Of a stretch of DNA of 64,000 nt, positions 60,715 to 64,000 are shown one piece after another. The translations under genes were made by a program, and so were the position numbers. Source of the DNA: Nitrosopumilus sp. GTDB taxonomy: Archaea > Thermoproteota > Nitrososphaeria > Nitrososphaerales > Nitrosopumilaceae. Under the pieces are notes generated by a model. The model did not search any database. It was given only the letters and a program-made list of their open reading frames with translations, and had not been told where the DNA came from. The stretch is taken from assembly GCA_965238275.1 (NCBI GenBank), contig OZ250186.1:864001-928000 (forward strand). Reading direction: 5' to 3'. Each line of letters starts with the position of its first letter. Within the stretch, counting starts at the first letter, position 1.

Positions 60715-63700
60715 TTAGACTGCCGTGGGGAATCTGCCTGGACCCACCATGTCTGCCAGTGCCATTACCTGATCCTGATCGGCCTCGTATCCTGATGGAG
60801 TATCTGCCACTGCCAGCACGCCTGCCGGGTCTCTTAATACGTATGGCTTCTTCCTGCCGCCGCCCCCGTGCAGATACAGATAGCAGTTTTCCTGAAGCGT
60901 CTTTGTCCGGAGCCACTCGTTGGGAGTAAAGACTACGGATCCTGTCGTGCTTGCCGGCTTTGCCAGTATGTACCGGGTGGATCCGCTGGGGTCTATCGAT
61001 CTGACATCAAAACCGTAGCCCTCTCCTGATACGAGTTCGGGCTTTCTGCCGTGGCTACGCTCAAACTTGATCAGGGAATCAAGCGCCTGGTGTTTGAGGC
61101 GTGCGGCATCCTCAGAGCCCGGCAACACGCGGGCGATGCCTATCACCGATGTCCTGCCAATGCTCAGATTGCCATCCATCCTTGCCTGCGCGGCCATGTC
61201 CCTTCTGGCAGTCCTGTATCTTCTGCGGCTCTCCCTCTTGTTTCTGATGGCCAGATCCACCCTGGCGCCCCTTCGTTTCTTTGCAAGCAGTACCATGATG
61301 TCATCCCTTATCATGTCCATGTGGGTGTCTAGCGACTTCATTCCGTACCTTTGCACTAGCATTGCATGCCTGTCACGCTCTCCGGAGAGGGTGCCTGCGT
61401 AATCTGCCATCATCTCGGCGGATTTGGCAACTGCCATCTTCATGACCCTGTCATGATCTTCTCCGGGTTCGTAGGCTGCAGGGTGCATGTCAAGATCCAG
61501 CATTACTGACGGGGAGACGGATCGAATACTGCCTCCTGCCCTGTCCACAAAACAGGCAAGCATCTGCCTGCCTGCCAGCCTTCCGGATCCGTCAGTCACG
61601 CTGCCTTCACAAAACACCAGGTGGCCATCCATGATGCCTGCCGGGTCCACAAACACGGATCCGCCCAGCGCGGCATCTGCGTATTCCTGCTCCGCCCAGT
61701 CCAGCACCGCGTCAAACACGGGATGCCCAAAGGTGATCAGTTCGATGCCGGGTTCTGCCATCCGAACCTTCTTGTCAAACGTGACTGCCTCGTACGAGGG
61801 CAATATCTGCCTGCCGTGTTTTGTCCTTGCCGGTCCGAGTATGCCGCCTGGCAGTTGGATGGATGCCCGATCGTCGTTCCCGTCAATCCGGCCCCCGGCA
61901 GCCTCCAATATCTTCCCGAACAGATACCTGGTGTATTCGGGCACCATCTGCACCTCCAGTGCCTTCTCGCGTATCCCCTTTAGTTTGGTATGGTCGATGT
62001 ATTTGGTGGCCAGGCTGTCTTTCATGCAGTCGATTACGCGGTCATTGTCTGCTGCAACCGAGTCCTTCAGCTCCGAGATTATCTCTGACTGTTTTCTTGC
62101 ACGGACTGTCGCATCCAGCAGCATCTGCGAGAGACTCTTTCCCTGAACGACCTCGCTTATGACATCAAAGATCTTGTCGCTTCCCATGGCATTCTTTATC
62201 TCTTCGAGTTTTTCAAAGAGTACCTGCATTATCTCCCCCTCCCGTGTATCTGCTGCCACCAGATTGAATACCGACACTGGAAACCTCTGGCCGTACCTGT
62301 GTATCCTGCCCATTCTCTGCTCAAGCCTGTTGGGGTTCCAGGGAAGATCATAATTTATCATCAGATGGCAGAACTGGAGATTGATTCCCTCGCCTGCAGC
62401 CTCTGTTGCAACCATTACACGGGTCCTGTCACGGAAGACTGCCTCGGCGTCCTTTCTTTTACCGGCCGGCATGGCGCCGTGTATGGTGTTTACCGAGTAG
62501 CCCCATGACTGTATGTTCCTTACCAGATAGTTCAGCGTATCCCTGGACTCGGTAAATATCAGTATCTTCTTTTCTGGATGGTGCCTGTCCATCTCTTTCA
62601 TGGTTGACTTTAGCTGGTTCAGTTTTGCCTCGTACCCGTCGTCGATGATCTTTTCGGCCATCGTTATCAGATTGTCCAGAATATGAATCTCCATGCCAAG
62701 CTCCTTCTTGTTTTTGGCCATGCTGATCAACTCCCATCTTTTCTCCTCGTCCCACTGCTCCCTCTCTGTCATTCCTTCCGTATAGCCGTATGAGCCTGCC
62801 TGTGCCTGTCTTATGGCGTCTTTTCTCCCCGTCCCGCCCTCCATCTGCCTTAGTTTGTTCCTTCTTCTCCTGAGGGATTCCAGCAGGGCAAACGTGCTTG
62901 ATGCAAACCTGCGCTGGAGGATTATTAGTGCAAATGTGATGTTGTGACGCTTGACGGATCTGGTGGCCAGGTTGTACTGTTCTGTGATGTATCTCGACAT
63001 TGCATTGTACAGTTTCTTTTCAGGGGCCGAGAGTCTTACATCCGGCGTCATTACGCTGCGCGGTGCAAAGAGCGGCCTGCCATCAAAATCCACCATGTCC
63101 TCCTTGGCACGTCTCAGAAACAACGGATTGTCCTGGTTTTTTATCGACTCCTCCATCATGTCGTCTGTGGCAAAAAACCCCGGTTCAAGCAGATCCAAAA
63201 GCAGTCGGAAGTTCTGGGTGTCTCCCTTGTGCGGCGTTGCAGTCAGAAACATGATGTGCCTGCTCATTACAGAGAGTGTCTCCCCCAGCCTGTAGCGCCT
63301 GGTTTTGGCAGTGCTGCTGCCATGCAGGTACGCGCTCATCTTGTGTGCCTCGTCTACTATTATCAGGTCAAACCGGGCGCCGTTCATTGAGGATATCACG
63401 TCATCTTGTTTTGCAAAATCGATCGAGGTTATCAGGCTCTCGCCGGCCCAGATCTCCGCCCTGCTGTCGTCTGCGAAGCTGCTGCGATCCACTATCGTAA
63501 AATCCTCATCAAACTTGTCCTGAAGCTCCCATCTCCACTGTTCCTTGAGCTGGCCTGGAACCACTATCAGGACACGCCGTATGTCTCCCCTCATCTTCAG
63601 CTCCTTGATTATCAGTCCTGCCATGATCGTCTTTCCAGCACCGGGATCATGGGCCAGCATGAACCGTATCCTGGATTTTCCAAGTACGTATTTGTACACT

Positions 63701-63882
63701 GCCTCTATCTGGTGCGGCAGGGGATCCACCTTCGAGACACTCACTGCAAGGATTGGATCATACTCGAAGGCATACCTGAATCTTTTGGCCTCCAGCGCCA
63801 GAAACGCATGCCATGAGTTTGTTGACATGACTTTACGGTTGACAACATGAGCGTCTTCGGAGTCATCTTCTGTCTTGTTCAT
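60715..63882 (-). CDS. SNF2-family helicase with C-terminal DUF3883-like domain
   Basis: PLPHQ, DPGAGKT, DEAH, TATPH, QRRFASS, EGINLQ, PWNPNRLEQRMGRIHRYGQ; GFDVRS..TPNEW; start uncertain (63882-63981). Confidence 0.88.
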   Translation of the reverse strand: MNKTEDDSEDAHVVNRKVMSTNSWHAFLALEAKRFRYAFEYDPILAVSVSKVDPLPHQIEAVYKYVLGKSRIRFMLAHDPGAGKTIMAGLIIKELKMRGDIRRVLIVVPGQLKEQWRWELQDKFDEDFTIVDRSSFADDSRAEIWAGESLITSIDFAKQDDVISSMNGARFDLIIVDEAHKMSAYLHGSSTAKTRRYRLGETLSVMSRHIMFLTATPHKGDTQNFRLLLDLLEPGFFATDDMMEESIKNQDNPLFLRRAKEDMVDFDGRPLFAPRSVMTPDVRLSAPEKKLYNAMSRYITEQYNLATRSVKRHNITFALIILQRRFASSTFALLESLRRRRNKLRQMEGGTGRKDAIRQAQAGSYGYTEGMTEREQWDEEKRWELISMAKNKKELGMEIHILDNLITMAEKIIDDGYEAKLNQLKSTMKEMDRHHPEKKILIFTESRDTLNYLVRNIQSWGYSVNTIHGAMPAGKRKDAEAVFRDRTRVMVATEAAGEGINLQFCHLMINYDLPWNPNRLEQRMGRIHRYGQRFPVSVFNLVAADTREGEIMQVLFEKLEEIKNAMGSDKIFDVISEVVQGKSLSQMLLDATVRARKQSEIISELKDSVAADNDRVIDCMKDSLATKYIDHTKLKGIREKALEVQMVPEYTRYLFGKILEAAGGRIDGNDDRASIQLPGGILGPARTKHGRQILPSYEAVTFDKKVRMAEPGIELITFGHPVFDAVLDWAEQEYADAALGGSVFVDPAGIMDGHLVFCEGSVTDGSGRLAGRQMLACFVDRAGGSIRSVSPSVMLDLDMHPAAYEPGEDHDRVMKMAVAKSAEMMADYAGTLSGERDRHAMLVQRYGMKSLDTHMDMIRDDIMVLLAKKRRGARVDLAIRNKRESRRRYRTARRDMAAQARMDGNLSIGRTSVIGIARVLPGSEDAARLKHQALDSLIKFERSHGRKPELVSGEGYGFDVRSIDPSGSTRYILAKPASTTGSVVFTPNEWLRTKTLQENCYLYLHGGGGRKKPYVLRDPAGVLAVADTPSGYEADQDQVMALADMVGPGRFPTAV

Positions 63883-64000
63883 TTCCGCATGGCCATGGTA
63901 TTTCTTACAGACGTTCACCGAATTGTCCATTAAAATATAACGTCTGTCGTGGTGTGGGCCGGAGACGCGGGACGCACGCACGCACGACGGCCGTTGCCAA

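Overview
Chromosomal segment of an ammonia-oxidising archaeon, inferred from gene content and order to be Nitrosopumilaceae-like. The moderately GC-rich genes and heavy IS load would fit a host-associated lineage, but this is not proven. Core genes: his operon (hisG-D-C-HAD-B-H-A-F), Rieske/cytochrome b/cupredoxin, tRNA-Arg(TCT), OGG1, beta-CASP RNase, tgtA, adenylate kinase, YchF, KEOPS (kae1, bud32, pcc1), rdgB, frameshifted TYW1, three tandem thrombospondin type-3 repeat proteins, dus, Lrp, P-II, TBP, ASCH, a PLP enzyme, a MoxR/vWA pair, geranylgeranyl reductase, rps3ae, serS, a DHH nuclease, rps15, a SWIM protein and an SNF2 helicase. Accessory DNA includes an AbiE-like toxin-antitoxin island inside the his operon and a five-layer nest of mobile elements at 19.5-27.1 kb (IS605-type MITE > TnpB element > IS6-like > IS5-like > IS66-like, plus IS630), whose inner junctions are readable base by base. 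The strongest candidate for something new is a ~1.5 kb element, present twice, that encodes only a TnpB with intact catalytic motifs. It is bounded by ~27-bp imperfect terminal inverted repeats and apparent TA duplications (IS630/Tc1-mariner-like ends), not IS200/IS605 hairpins.
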